The notes: a model not told the origin generated them from the letters alone. A stretch of 64,000 nt of DNA from Chiloscyllium plagiosum (GCF_004010195.1 NC_057725.1:57320323-57384322); one strand, 5' to 3'; positions 51,166 to 62,716 are shown, counted from the stretch's first letter. Numbers and translations are program-made.

Positions 51166-51306
51166 GCTTCTGAAGAAGGGTCACTGCACCTGAAACATTA
51201 ACTGTGCTTTCTCTACACAGATGCTGCCAGAGCTGCTGAGGTTTTCCAGCAATTTCTGTTTTTGATTCAGATTTCCAGCATCCACAGTTCTTTCAAGTTT
51301 ATTTTT
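51166..51306 (+). mobile_element. Penelope-like 3' fragment, family C, beginning at a hammerhead core
   Basis: TT-CTGAAGA(51170-76)-A-GGGTCACTGCACCT-GAAA(51192-95)-CATT-AA; TSD AGCACAGA at 51158-51165 and 51307-51314. Confidence 0.78.
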
Positions 51307-51386
51307 AGCACAGAACCAGGAGCCAGTCAGTTCATCATGCCAATACCAAGACATTTTAACGAGGTCTCACCACCATGCTCTTTCTT

Positions 51387-52350
51387 AGAGTCATAGTCAT
51401 AGAGTCATGCAGCACAGAAACAGACCCTTTGGTCCAATCAGTCCATGCCAAACATAATCCCATAATCTAAACTAGTCCCATCGGCCTCTCCTGGCCCAGA
51501 ATCCATCCAAACCTTTCCTATTCATGTACTTATGTAAGTGTCTTTCAAACATTGTAATGATGCCCACATCCGCCACTTCCTGAGGAACTTCTTTCCACAA
51601 GCGAACGATCTTCAAAACGTTGGCCTCGTATCTTTTTTAAAATCTCTCTCCTCTCATCTTAAAAGTATACACCCAAGTCTTGAACTCCCCCATCCCAGGG
51701 AAAAGACCCTTGCTACTCACCTTATTTATGCCCCTCATGATTTTGTAAAACTCTACAAGGCCACCCCTCAACCTTCTACACTCCGGTGAACAAAGTCCCA
51801 GTCTATCCATCCTACTTTTATAAATCAAACTCTCCGTTCCTGGAAATAACCTGGTAAATCTTTTCTGAACCCTCTCCAATTTAAAATAAGCCTTCTTGCA
51901 ACAGGGTGACCAGAACTGGACACAATAGACCAGAAGAGATCTCATCAGTATTCTATACAACCTCATCCTAATGTCCCAACTCCTGCATTTAAAGGTCTGT
52001 GCAATGAAGGCAAGTGTGCTAAATGCCTTCTTAACCACCCTATCTACCTATAATGTACCTGAATCCTTAGGTCTCTCTGTTCTACAACACCGTCCAGGGA
52101 GCCTTACCATTAATTGTATAAGTGCCGTCCCTGTTTGTTTTACCAAAATACAATATTTTGCATTTATCCAAATTAATCTCCATTTGCCAATCCTCAAGCC
52201 ATTTCCAATTTTTGTAATCTTATATAACTTTCTTCACTGTCCACTACATCACCAATTTTGGTGTTATCCATAAACTTACTAACCATGCATCCTATATTCT
52301 CATCCAAATCGTTCATATAAATGACAAACAACAGTGCACCCAGTACTGAT
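51387..52350 (-). mobile_element. CR1/HER1-like LINE, 5'-truncated
   Basis: Minus ORF 51637-52038 YCVQFWSP...LERVQKRFTR; tail GAGTCATAGTCATAGAGTCAT. Confidence 0.92.
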
Positions 52351-52396
52351 CTTTAAAGACTCCTGATGATTGAAGAAGAGGATTAGCCGTATACTT

Positions 52397-52630
52397 TCAA
52401 GATTAGAGTGGTGCTGGGAAAGCACAGTAGGTCAGGCAACATCCGAGTAGCAGGAAAATCGATGTTTCGGGCAGGAGTCCTTCATCAAGAATGACAGTCA
52501 TTCCTGATGAAGGGCTTTTGCTTGAAATGTCAATTTTCCTGCTTCTCGAATACTGCCTGACCTGCTGTGCCTTTCCAGCACCACTTTAATCTTGACTCTA
52601 ATCTCCAGCATCTGCAGTCCTCACTTTCAC
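52397..52630. mobile_element. Penelope-like fold-back element, family B
   Basis: ~100-bp arms centred on GAATGAC-A-GTCATTC (~52497); CTGATGA at 52504-52510; TSD TTAGCC(G/A)TATACT at 52383-52395 and 52631-52643. Confidence 0.85.
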
Positions 52631-53418
52631 TTAGCCATATACTCTACCTGGAGTAGCCCAGATGTGATTTTTTTGGGCCTCCTCTCCATAATCTTGTGGT
52701 GCCTTCGTAGAGTTGTGACTTCATCGAAATCCTTTCTTCCTGGCATGTCTCAGTTCCTTTCTTCTCTATCGCTTGTCACTATACTTCTAATGGCTGCTTT
52801 GCTGGTAGGCCTCTCTCATTCATACACATTTTAATTCTCATTCTTTGCCCACAGCCTTTTAACTTCTCTCTCACTTTTGAAAGCTATTTATCTGTCAATC
52901 CTTTCTTGTCTTCTGTGTCTGTATCTCTCCCCTCACCAGATGGACAAAAACAGGCCATTCCATAGCAAGTACACCTCACACAAACCTCTTCCTATTTTAC
53001 TTCATCTCCGCCAGCAGCACATTCTTCTATTGCTTTCTGCTTCATGTGTTTAACTGGCTTTCCCTTAAATGCCAATCACCTCGACTGCTCCTTCTGGTAA
53101 TGACTTTACCATTCTTACTAATTTAAATGCAAAAAGACCCTTCTGATGTCCTAATTGGATTGATATGATTCTGTTGTGTGGACAAGCTTTAACTTTGGTC
53201 TTGTACAGAACTGGAAATATTTTCTTGGCAACTACACTGACAAATTTGCTTATTATCTTAAGGGCCTGTCATATGTCATCCTTGTTATCGAAGGAAAAGC
53301 AGCTAATCTTTTTCAGATTTTCCTGATAAGTATACCTCTCAATTGTTGTCTCATTCTTATGATTTTCTTTTACCCTAACCAATGTCTCCACATTCATTTT
53401 GTAACATAGAGACCAGAA

Positions 53419-53737
53419 CGGTGGCACAGTGGTTAGCACTGCTGCCTCACAGCGCCAGAGACCCGGGTTCAATTCCCGACTCAGGCGACTGACTGTGTGG
53501 AGTTTGCACATTCTCCCTGTGTCTGCGTGGGTTTCCTCCGGGTGCTCCGGTTTCCTCCCACAGTCCAAAGATGTGCACGTCAGATGAATTGACCATGCTA
53601 AATTGCCCGTAGTGGTAGGTAAAGGGGTAAATGTACGGGAATGGGTGGGTTACGCTTTGGCGGGTCGGTGTGGACTTGTTGGGCCGAAGGGCCTGTTTCC
53701 ACACTGTAAGTAATCTAATGTAAGTAATGTAATCTAA
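53419..53737 (+). mobile_element. HE1-like V-SINE, young
   Basis: Head, V-domain and tail present; CpGs retained. Confidence 0.93.
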
Positions 53738-54110
53738 CAGAGTCCACTACTCCAAGTACAATCTAATTAAAATCAATTAGGAATATGAAATAACTTATTT
53801 TCAGTTCTACACAACTTGAAGTGGATGCCAGGCTTGTTTTATTTTTTTTTATAAACTGCCTTTGAAATCCTTTCTAACTATTTTTAGTGATCTTTATCTC
53901 TACATTTCTTAGTTCCTCTCAGACCTGCTAAGACATTAATAGCTAATGTTTTATAGTTACATTAAGAACCAGTTTGAGTTACTCAGTTAGAACAGTGAAG
54001 TTCTTTGATAATTGTTAGCAGTCAAATACACTTGTTTGACTGACACCTATTCTCTGAAACATTCTGCAAATGAAACAAAAATATGTTCAAGCCTTGCATC
54101 TTTTTTCAGT

Positions 54111-54550
54111 TAGAGTCAGGGGGTCTGAGGGATGTACATTAGAGAAACAGACCCTTCAGTCCAACTCATCCATGCCGCCCAGATATCCTAACCTGATCGA
54201 GTCCCATTTGACAGCATTTGACCCATATCCCTCTAAGTCCTTTCTATTCATATACCCATCCAGATGCCTTTTAAATGTTGCAATTGTACCAGCCTCCATC
54301 ACTTCCTCTGGCAGCTCATTCCATACACGCACTACTCTCTGTATGAAAAAGTTATCCCTTAGGTCCTTTTTAAATTTTACCCCTCTCACCATAAACCTAT
54401 GCTCTCTAGTTCTAGACTCCCCCACCCCTGGGAAAAGACCTTGGCTATTTATCCTATCCATGCTCCTCATGATTTTATAACCCCTATAAGGTCACCCCTT
54501 GGCCTCTGACAATCCAGGGAAAACAGCCTCAGCCTATTTAGCCTCTCCCT
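54111..54550 (-). mobile_element. CR1/HER1-like LINE 3' end
   Basis: Minus ORF 54156-54470 FFIQRVVRVWNELPEEVMEAGTIATFKRHLDGYM. Confidence 0.92.
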
Positions 54551-55469
54551 CAGTTAGGAACTTGTGGAGCCTATAGTTTTACCATTGTTGTTTTTATTGC
54601 AACACCTCAGCCAGTCCGAGTTGACTTTCCAACCAATCAGCATCTTTTTCTCATCTACTTTTAAAAAGGTGTGATGGTTTTAAAATGTTTGCATTTGTCC
54701 TGATGAGGGCAAGGTGACAGGTTTCAGGAAATGACTTTCTTTTCAGCAATATTTAAGGGTGAAAATTTGTGTGGTAAACTCACTATCCAGCGCTTTATGA
54801 GGCTGGTGTAGATATGGAGATTAGCATAGATTCTGTGCATGTTATGTAAATATTCCTGTGTGTTAAACACTAATTAATTTTAGTAGTTACCCAGCTAAAA
54901 ATCAAAGAGGGAAAGACTGGCTCTCAAAATATGTTTCTATATCACATTCAACCCTGATTTGGGTTCCAAAGGGCATTGAAATTTTTCAGGAACATTTCCG
55001 ATACTTTGCCCTTATGATTAAAAGCTTAAAAGACCTGGCATGCAGCACAAGACCCTCTGATTTCTTGTTTAGTGGCAACAGTAAATGCAGCGATGGACAC
55101 AGCTACAGCTGGCAGAAGATGATCCATTATGGTGGGCACCATGGTTTATTCATCGAGTTGCTCACTTTGACCATGTCAGGCAGAACAATATTGAATTTTG
55201 CACAAACACGACAGAAAGATTGGAGCTAGCTGTATGTCCAATAGTCTTGTTCAATGGACTGGGCCCTCAAAGTGACCATCAAATTATGCTGTAACAGACT
55301 TACTAATCAACCCAGTCATTTGGCTCTGTTGCTCTGCCCAAGCGCCTATGCAATTTTGCCTGTTGATTTGCCATGTTAAGACCCTCGCTTGCAAAACATG
55401 ATTTGGATTGAGCGACATTTGAGTTCTATGATCCACTAACCAGATTAAAGAGTTAAGATTTGTCCATAA

Positions 55470-55732
55470 CATTTGAACCAAAACCTGCAACCCATTCTAA
55501 AAGATAAAAGAATTAACAGCAATCTATGTTTGTTCAATATATCATTTCAGCTGCATGACACTGTAATCTTTTGCTATAAATTCTGTGTCTTATGATCCTA
55601 TTCCACAGCTACCTAATGAAGGAGCAGCACTCCAAAAGCTAGTACTTCCAAGTAAACCTGTTGAACTATAACTCGGTATTGTATGACTTTTAACCTTGTC
55701 CACCCCAGTCCAACACCGGCTCCTCCACATCA
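55470..55732 (+). mobile_element. Penelope-like family A 3' end, non-inverted, degenerate ribozyme
   Basis: TAC-CTAATGA-A-GGAGCAGCACTCC-AAAA-GCTA-GTA followed by the family-A tail CCAGTCCAACACCGGCTCCTCCACATC; 5' boundary uncertain. Confidence 0.7.
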
Positions 55733-55759
55733 CTGTTTTGAGTGGCATTGTGGAGAATT

Positions 55760-56170
55760 TGTGCCAATTCGCCAGGGTAATACCAAAGCGAATGAAACGC
55801 CCCAAACCACTTCACAGGGACATTATGAAACAAAATAAGGCACCAAGTCACAAAAAGCGATGTTAAGCCAGATGATAAAATGTTCGGTCTGTGTTTTAAG
55901 GAGTGTTTTATTGCAAGAAAACAAGATAGAGCAGCGGTAGGAATAATTCCAGCCCTTGGTGCCTCAGCAGCTAAAAGCATGGCCACTGATGTTGAGCAAG
56001 TCAAGTTGGAAATGCTCAAGAGGCCGTGGTTGTGGGAAAGGAGAAGATTTCAGAAATAGGAAGGGGTGACAACAATTGGCAAAGTCATAGAGGGATTGGA
56101 AAAGAAGGGTGAGAGTTTAAATGCAGAGTCTGTTTCACTGGGAGTCAGTATACTTCAGCAAATACATACA
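55760..56170 (-). mobile_element. L2-type LINE 3' region
   Basis: Reverse complement of the L2 end at 13230-13425; TTTTAAGGAGTGTTT...TTCCAGCCCTTGGTGCCTCAGCAGCTAAAAGCATGGCC. Confidence 0.55.
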
Positions 56171-56940
56171 AATGGAAGCGTCCTAAGAACACACGCAATT
56201 TCTTTACTTGTGGGATTATTTTTTCCCCTGGCTGTTCCCAATGCTAATCTGGTGTTCAATCGTCAATTCCTGGATATTTTAGGCCAACTTTGGAGGATTC
56301 GCAATTACCTTTCCCCCCCCACTTCCCACTTCCCTTTCTTCCTGTAATAATGAACTGGATGTTATTTCTTTCTGCCAAACATGGAACTGCTTTTAATCAT
56401 CTGCCTGGTATGACAGGATTGAGAATGCTGAGTAAGCACTCTTTTCCCGCATTGTGAGTCTGTTGTAAAAGAGTGGAATCTGACATACTTGGGGACCTTG
56501 CGTGGAAGTAAAATCTATCAGTCATCACTGAGCCAACAAGTCTGCTCGTGCCCTATCAACACTCCCTGATATTGGCTTCTGGAGTAGACATTCTAAACAC
56601 AGACGGCACTCACTGTTACTGCACTATGTGGTTACAGCTGTCACATTGACAGTAGCTCTTAGTTTAAATGCTGAACTCGGCTGTTGCACTGCACACTGGA
56701 TAAAGCAAACCAAGCATAAGCTGATTTTCCTGCACACTTCTTGTGCTGTATACCCTTCTCTGAGACTGGTCTTTATTTATTATAGACGTTTGCAGGATCT
56801 TGCATGCCTGTCCTAGCAGCTGCCTATAATGCCAAGTCTTCAGCTGCCTAGTCCCTGAGCTTTGCTACTCCTTCCCTAACACTCTTCGTCTCTTTCCTCT
56901 CTCAATACATTACTTAAAACCAATTTATTTGGCTAGCATT

Positions 56941-57270
56941 TTGATTTGATTTATTATTGTCGCCTGTACTGAGATACAGTGAAGTTGTGCTTTCCAGACA
57001 AATCATACCTTACATAAATACATCAGGGTAATAGAACAGAATGCAGAATATGGCGTTCCAGCTATAGAGAAGGTGCAGAGAAAGATCAACTCTAATGTCC
57101 AAAAGTCTGATAACAACATGGAATAAGCTGTCCTTTAATCTGTTGGTACATGTTTTCAAACTTTTGTTTCTTCTGCCCAATGGAAGCAGGTGGAAGAGAG
57201 TATAACCGGGGTGGGAGGGGTCTGTGGTTATGTTGGCTGGTCTTAAGGCAGCGGGAAGTGTACAAGGAAG
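56941..57270 (-). mobile_element. Rex1/Babar LINE 3' end
   Basis: ITTDPSHPGYTLFHLLPLGRRNKSLKTCTNRLKDSLF (Rex1 C-terminal motif); tail TTGATTTGATTTATT. Confidence 0.85.
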
Positions 57271-57344
57271 TGTAGCTATTTTTCTGGAACCAGGAGTTGT
57301 AGTTGTATAGCCATGCCCAGCTAGGATTACCTCCCCTGTTGATC

Positions 57345-57560
57345 CAGCTGAGATTGGCTGAGAGCTCATGGCCTGGCTACGATTGGCTGAGTGCCTTTGG
57401 CCAGCTGCGATTGGCTGAGTGCTTTTGGCCTGGCTGTGATTGGCTGAGTGCTGTTGGCCCAGCTGTGATTGGCTGAGTGCTTTTGGCCGGCTACGATTGG
57501 CTGAGTGCCCTTGGCTAGTTGCAATTGTCTCAGTCCTTTTGGCCCAGCTGTGATTGGCTA
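57345..57560. repeat. 28/29-bp minisatellite, 8 units, each with a CCAAT box on the minus strand
   Basis: GATTGG at 57352, 57381, 57409, 57438, 57467, 57495, (57523 degenerate), 57552. Confidence 0.92.
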
Positions 57561-58630
57561 TCATCTTGACCCTGTTACTATATCCTCTTTGCCTAACAGC
57601 TAATGACTAAAACGTCTTGGCTGAGCTGCCATTAGCTTCATCTTCCAGCAGAACTACTATCGACTGAGCCTCCCAGTCCACACAACTGGCAGCTCCATAA
57701 CCACCTCCTGTTATATTTACCTCCTGTCCCAGGATATGGTTTCCTGGCACAATTACTGTAAGCTCTGTCTCCCTGCCCAGCTGTTGTTTGATCCTGTTTC
57801 TGAGGATACACTGGCACACCTGACCTTCTACCTGGCCCTTGGAAATGAAGTGAGCAAAGTAATCTTGAATGGCTGAGAATTAACATTCTGCTTCACTGAC
57901 TGCAAACCACATACATGTTCACAAAACAAAGCATTGCAAATGCTCAACATATAGTGCAGATGTAAGGAGGCACAGCAGGTTAACAGGCCTGTTTCAGATT
58001 CCTCGGCACCCTGACATTGAATAGCATGATTCTGGTCATGGATAATACTCAAAATGTTATCGATGCTTTTTCCTTATACAAACTCCGATGGTATTAGGTA
58101 TTTCCTGTACCTAATTGCGAAGAATTAAAATGTTTTGAAAGGTTTGTTATTGTAGTGTTGACAGGGAAGCTAGACAGTACATGAGGTGGTTATTGGGTGA
58201 GCTGAAATAAAGTGAGTCAAGTCATGGTGTGCAGCACTAACACTGGCACAGATTTGATAAGTCTTTTGAAGGGCTGTCAATTCTGTAGGATATCTGGGTC
58301 TGCAAAAGGCTTGATGGCTGGATTTAAATGTGTCTGCCATGATCAGAGGGAAGCTGCCAGGTTAGTTGATTGCATTAATCCTCTCCAGTGGCAGGCCTAT
58401 TAGAGCTGAATAAAATAGGAGAGGACTGAGGCAGGCGGCTGGGGAGATACAGAGTAGCCTGCAATGCACATTTATATGAGGAATTATTCTGACACCATGA
58501 ATGATAAGAGCAACTGATGCGTTGGAGGTTTGCAGGTTCCTCTCAAAATCACATACAACCCTGACACAGGGACTGTATCACTCTTTCTTCACTGAGCCTG
58601 GGTCAAAATCTTGGAAGTCAATTCACCGTG

Positions 58631-58948
58631 GAGTGGCACGGTGGCTCAGTGGTTAGCACTGCTGCCTCACAGCACCTGGGTCCCACGTTTCAATTCAGCC
58701 TCGAGCGACTGTCTGTGTGGAGTGTGCATGTTCTCCCTGTGTCTGCATGGGTTTCCTCCGGGTGCTCCGGTTTCCTCCCACAGTCCAAAGATGTGCAGGT
58801 CAGGTGAATTAGCCGAGCTAAATTTCCCATAGTTTCAGGTACATTAGTCAGAGGGAAATGGGTCTGGGTGGGTTACTCTTCGGAGGGTCGGTGTGGACTT
58901 GTTGGGCCGAAGGGCCTGTTTCCACACTGTAGGGAATCTAATCTAATC
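58631..58948 (+). mobile_element. HE1-like V-SINE
   Basis: Head, V-domain and tail GGGAATCTAATCTAATC. Confidence 0.92.
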
Positions 58949-59099
58949 AATTCAATTCAGTCTCTTCTTAAAAGCATTGTGTATGTACCAACATCAGTAA
59001 GCAAAGAAGGTGGCTCACTACACCCTTGTGGAGGGCAGTGCATAACAATAATCTCACATTTCACAAACATAGTAAAACCTCACTTTAAGCAGGGGCACC

Positions 59100-60510
59100 G
59101 TTAGTATTTATTGCCCATCCCCGGGTAACTCCTTTGAGAAGTCAGGAAGTGAGTCACAGAATTCTCAGCCACAGTATGTAGGTGGCTGGGCCAGCTCAGT
59201 TGCTAGGCAGTGATAACCTCCAGGATGTTGATAGTGGGGGGACTTCAGCAATGGTCACACCACTGAAGGTCAAGGGGTGACAGATAGATTCTCTCTCTTG
59301 TCAGAGATGATGTGGATGTGCTGATGTTGGAACGGGATGGATAAAGTTAAAAGTCCTGTTGGATGATCATACCATTTATGTGGAACAAATGTTACATGAC
59401 ATTTATCTGCACAGGCCCATATGATGAACATGAACTGCTTCATTATGTGCGAACAGTGCTGAACATTATGTAATAATCAGTGACCATCTCCACTTCCAAC
59501 AGTTTACTTGATAAAGCAGCTGAAGATGGTTGGGTCTGAAATATTATCCTGAAGAACTCTTACAGTGATGTCCTACTGTGAGATGTTTGACCTCCAACAA
59601 CCACAGCCATCTTTCTTTGTGCTAAGTATCATTTCCAACCAGCAGAGAGTTTTGCCACTGATTCCCATTGACTCTTGTTTAGCTGGAGCTCCACAAATGC
59701 TGCAGCCTATCAAATGCAGCGTTGACATCAAGGACAGCCGCTCTCGTTTCCTCTCTTGAATTCAGTTCTTTTGTCCATAGTTGGATCAGGACTCTAACAA
59801 GATCAGGAACTAAGTGAGCCTGGCAAAACCCAAACTGCGCATGAGTGAGCAAGTTATTATTAAGCAAGAGTCACTCGTTGGAGTGATGACAATACTTTCC
59901 ATCACTTGGCTGGTTGGAGTAGACTGATGGGATTATAATTGGGTGGGTTGGATTTGTACAGCTTTTTGTGTGCAAGAAATACCTGAATAATTTTCCACGT
60001 TATTGGGGAGATACTAACGTTGAGGTTGCACTAGAACAGCTTGACAAGTTCTGGAACACACATCTTGTCTTCAGTATTGCAAAAAACATATTGTGAGGGC
60101 CCAAACTCTTCGCAGTATCCAGCGCCTTCAACCAGTTCTTCATATCATGTGGAGTGAATCGAATTGGTTGAAGACTGGCATCTGTTTATGCTGGGGAGCA
60201 CTGGAGGAGGCTGAAATGGAACGTCAACATCAATCTTCTGGCTGAAGATTGTTGCAAATTCTGGGGGGGCTGAAGATATTTGTGAGTCAGTTGAACCGAA
60301 GGGTCTGTTTCCATGCTGTACATCTCTATGACTCTATGACACTAAGTCTGAAGCGCTCAGACATGATCCATTGATAATGGGATTTCTTAGGTCTGTCTGT
60401 CACTAACTGCTGAGTATACAAGTAGTCCTGTGTTGTAGCTTCACCAGGTTGACACCTCATCTTTAGGTCTACCTCGTGCTGTTCCTGGCATGCCCTCCTG
60501 CACTCTTCAT
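59100..60510 (-). mobile_element. Degenerate CR1/L2-group LINE (RT domain), with a CR1 tail fragment (+) at ~60285-60340
   Basis: ORF 59679-59867 LLTHAQFGF...DL...W...LN...VLDVNAAFDRLQH; tail TTTATTGCCCATCCC at ~59107. Confidence 0.75.
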
Positions 60511-62010
60511 TAGTCCATTGGGAGGAATTCAGTTATCCACTGGAGCCCTAACCATTAGGTACAAGGAATCCAGATAGCCTTCCCTTCTTTTTGTCTTTCT
60601 TGAGAAACTCTTCACGCACGCAGGTAGACATATGCGGGAGAGGGAAAACCAGCACCACAAAATAAACCTGCATTTATTTAGCACCTTCTGATGCAGTAAA
60701 ATGCCCTGAGGAATTTCCCAAGAGCTTTATAAAGTAATTTAACACTGAACCAAGAATGAATAGAGAGGTGTTGGGAGACACATCAGATGGCTGAAGATGC
60801 AACTCCAACAGTGGGACAGTTAAAGTGGGGAATGGTGTGATGCTTTCCCAGGTATCATTGGTCTGAATTTTTATCAGAATTGATTCTGATGTCCCCCTCA
60901 TCCCATCCCTCCTTGCTGTAGTTACAGGTCTGTCCTTCCGCCTCACATTCTGCCTACTGAATCCCACCTCCCAACTCTACAAATTAAATACAGGGGACAC
61001 TAGATAACCAGCCAACTTAGTGCTTCATTCTCACTTGCCTAGTTCATATCACTCCTTGGAATTAGTAGCCAATTTTTTTCACAGTGTGGTTGGAGAGAGT
61101 TGACGGGGTAAAACGTGTTAACCCTTTCTTGTGTTATGTGGCCGTGACCTTCCCTTAACCCCTATATCTCACTCTACCCGTATCAGAATGCCCAGCCATG
61201 TTTATTTTATTTCTATGCAAAGCAACTTGCCAGAATTCAGTGAGCAGCTGGCGTGATGGTATTGGCATGCGCAGGACATGTGCAAAGTAGGATGTGGTTT
61301 TAGCAGATCAAGAACACACAGTCCTCCCCTTCAAACAGGAAGCTGCACAATGTTCTTTCGTTGTGACTGCGGCGAGAGAAAAAAATAAGCTCCCGTCGCT
61401 TAGATCACGTAACCAAGCATTTGAAAGAGACAAGAAAGGTTTGTTTGTGCTGGGGTCTGATAACACTGCGGGATGCCAGGGACAGAGAGAGAGAGAGAGA
61501 AGTAAAACCCTCAAAATGCACTACCCAGTCAAAATGCATCTCCACCAATCTTGTATGTGAATAAATACCAAGTGGTTGAGGGAGGAAGTGAAGGAGTATT
61601 TTAGACATTGAAGTATAGCCATTTCAGCACTGTTCATAGGCATGTTACAGCTTTCATCTAGTGAGTTTTCTCCACATCTGATATATATTTGCCAATTTCG
61701 TTGATAAATTGATTCTTCGCTTTGGGCAAGACAAATCCTCAGTCTTTCTCCTTCCCACTCCTGTCAGCCAGCCAACTCTCTCCAGCCTCGACCAGACTGA
61801 GACTGATCTCCTCCCTTGTCCTGATGCACCTGCTCGCTGCTCACCCACTCACCGCCTTCACCCACAAAACCTTTGCTGTAAGCAGTGGCCCAGGACAGGG
61901 GTAGTGAGAAGGGAGAAGCCAGCAAGAGGAGCTACTGTTGGGAGAGTGGGGAGTGGAAGCAGGCGATGGGAGCAAGGCTCTGATTGTGGAGCAGGCCATT
62001 CCAAAGTGGT

Positions 62011-62178
62011 AAAAACAAGGACTGCAGATGCTGGAAACCAGAGTCTAAACTAGAGTGGTGCTGGAAAAGCACAGCAGGTCACGCAGCATCCAAGGAGCAG
62101 GAAAATCAACTTTTGCCCGATTTTCCTGCTCCTCGGATGCTGCCTGACCTGCTGTGCTTTTCCAGCACCACCCCACGC
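62011..62178. mobile_element. Penelope-like fold-back element, family B, ribozyme core deleted at the axis
   Basis: Arms GTGGTGCTGGAAAAGCACAGCAGGTC...GGAAAATC / GATTTTCC...GCTTTTCCAGCACCAC; TSD TCC(A/G)AAGTGGT at 62000-62010 and 62179-62189. Confidence 0.82.
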
Positions 62179-62626
62179 TCCGAAGTGGTGCCAGTCAGGT
62201 CACTTGTGCTCTGTTGACTCCAATGCAAAGCAGTTGTGAAATGGAAATCCTGCAGTGCATCATTGTGCCCATGAATATGCTTGAATTTCAACCCCTCCCC
62301 ACACCAAAATATTAGTTACTCCAGGGGGTTCTTCCACCTCTCATTCCTCCTACACCACTGTATCCCATTTCCCAACTCTACAAGCTAGAAAGAGGAAAAC
62401 ACCATTCGCAGCAAATCCAGGACTGGCCAGGTTTGTGCTTCATTAGCATACGTCCAGTTTGTAGGGAATCGAAAAGACGATTTTGGTATTGTCGGATTGG
62501 AGAGGGTTAAAGGGGTAAAACTTGTTAACCCCTTTTTGTGTCGTGGGACAGTGACCTTCCCTCAACCTCCCCCTTCACACTCTGCTCATATAAAGATGCC
62601 TAACTGTGTATATTATTTCATTACTT

Positions 62627-62716
62627 ACTGTACACACATATGTATAAGTCAACCCCCTATTATTTTCTAAAATAGTTGAGCCGAGAAAAATGGACTTTTA
62701 CACAAGTAAAAAGGAT
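62627..62716. mobile_element. Possible degenerate pogo/Tc2-type MITE
   Basis: Imperfect TIRs TGTATAAGTCAA / TGGACTTTTACA; TA near both ends. Confidence 0.35.

Noticed and set aside
53419-53480. SINE heads as functional tRNA genes
   Set aside because: They run straight into SINE bodies and lack an intact acceptor stem and terminator.
57345-57560. CRISPR-like array (also considered for 38335-39405)
   Set aside because: Units are contiguous with no unique spacers, there are no cas genes, and the context is vertebrate.
57010-57564. 184-aa ORF with HSANRSQ repeats as a novel protein
   Set aside because: Chance in-frame fusion of the translated minisatellite with a Rex1 C-terminal fragment.
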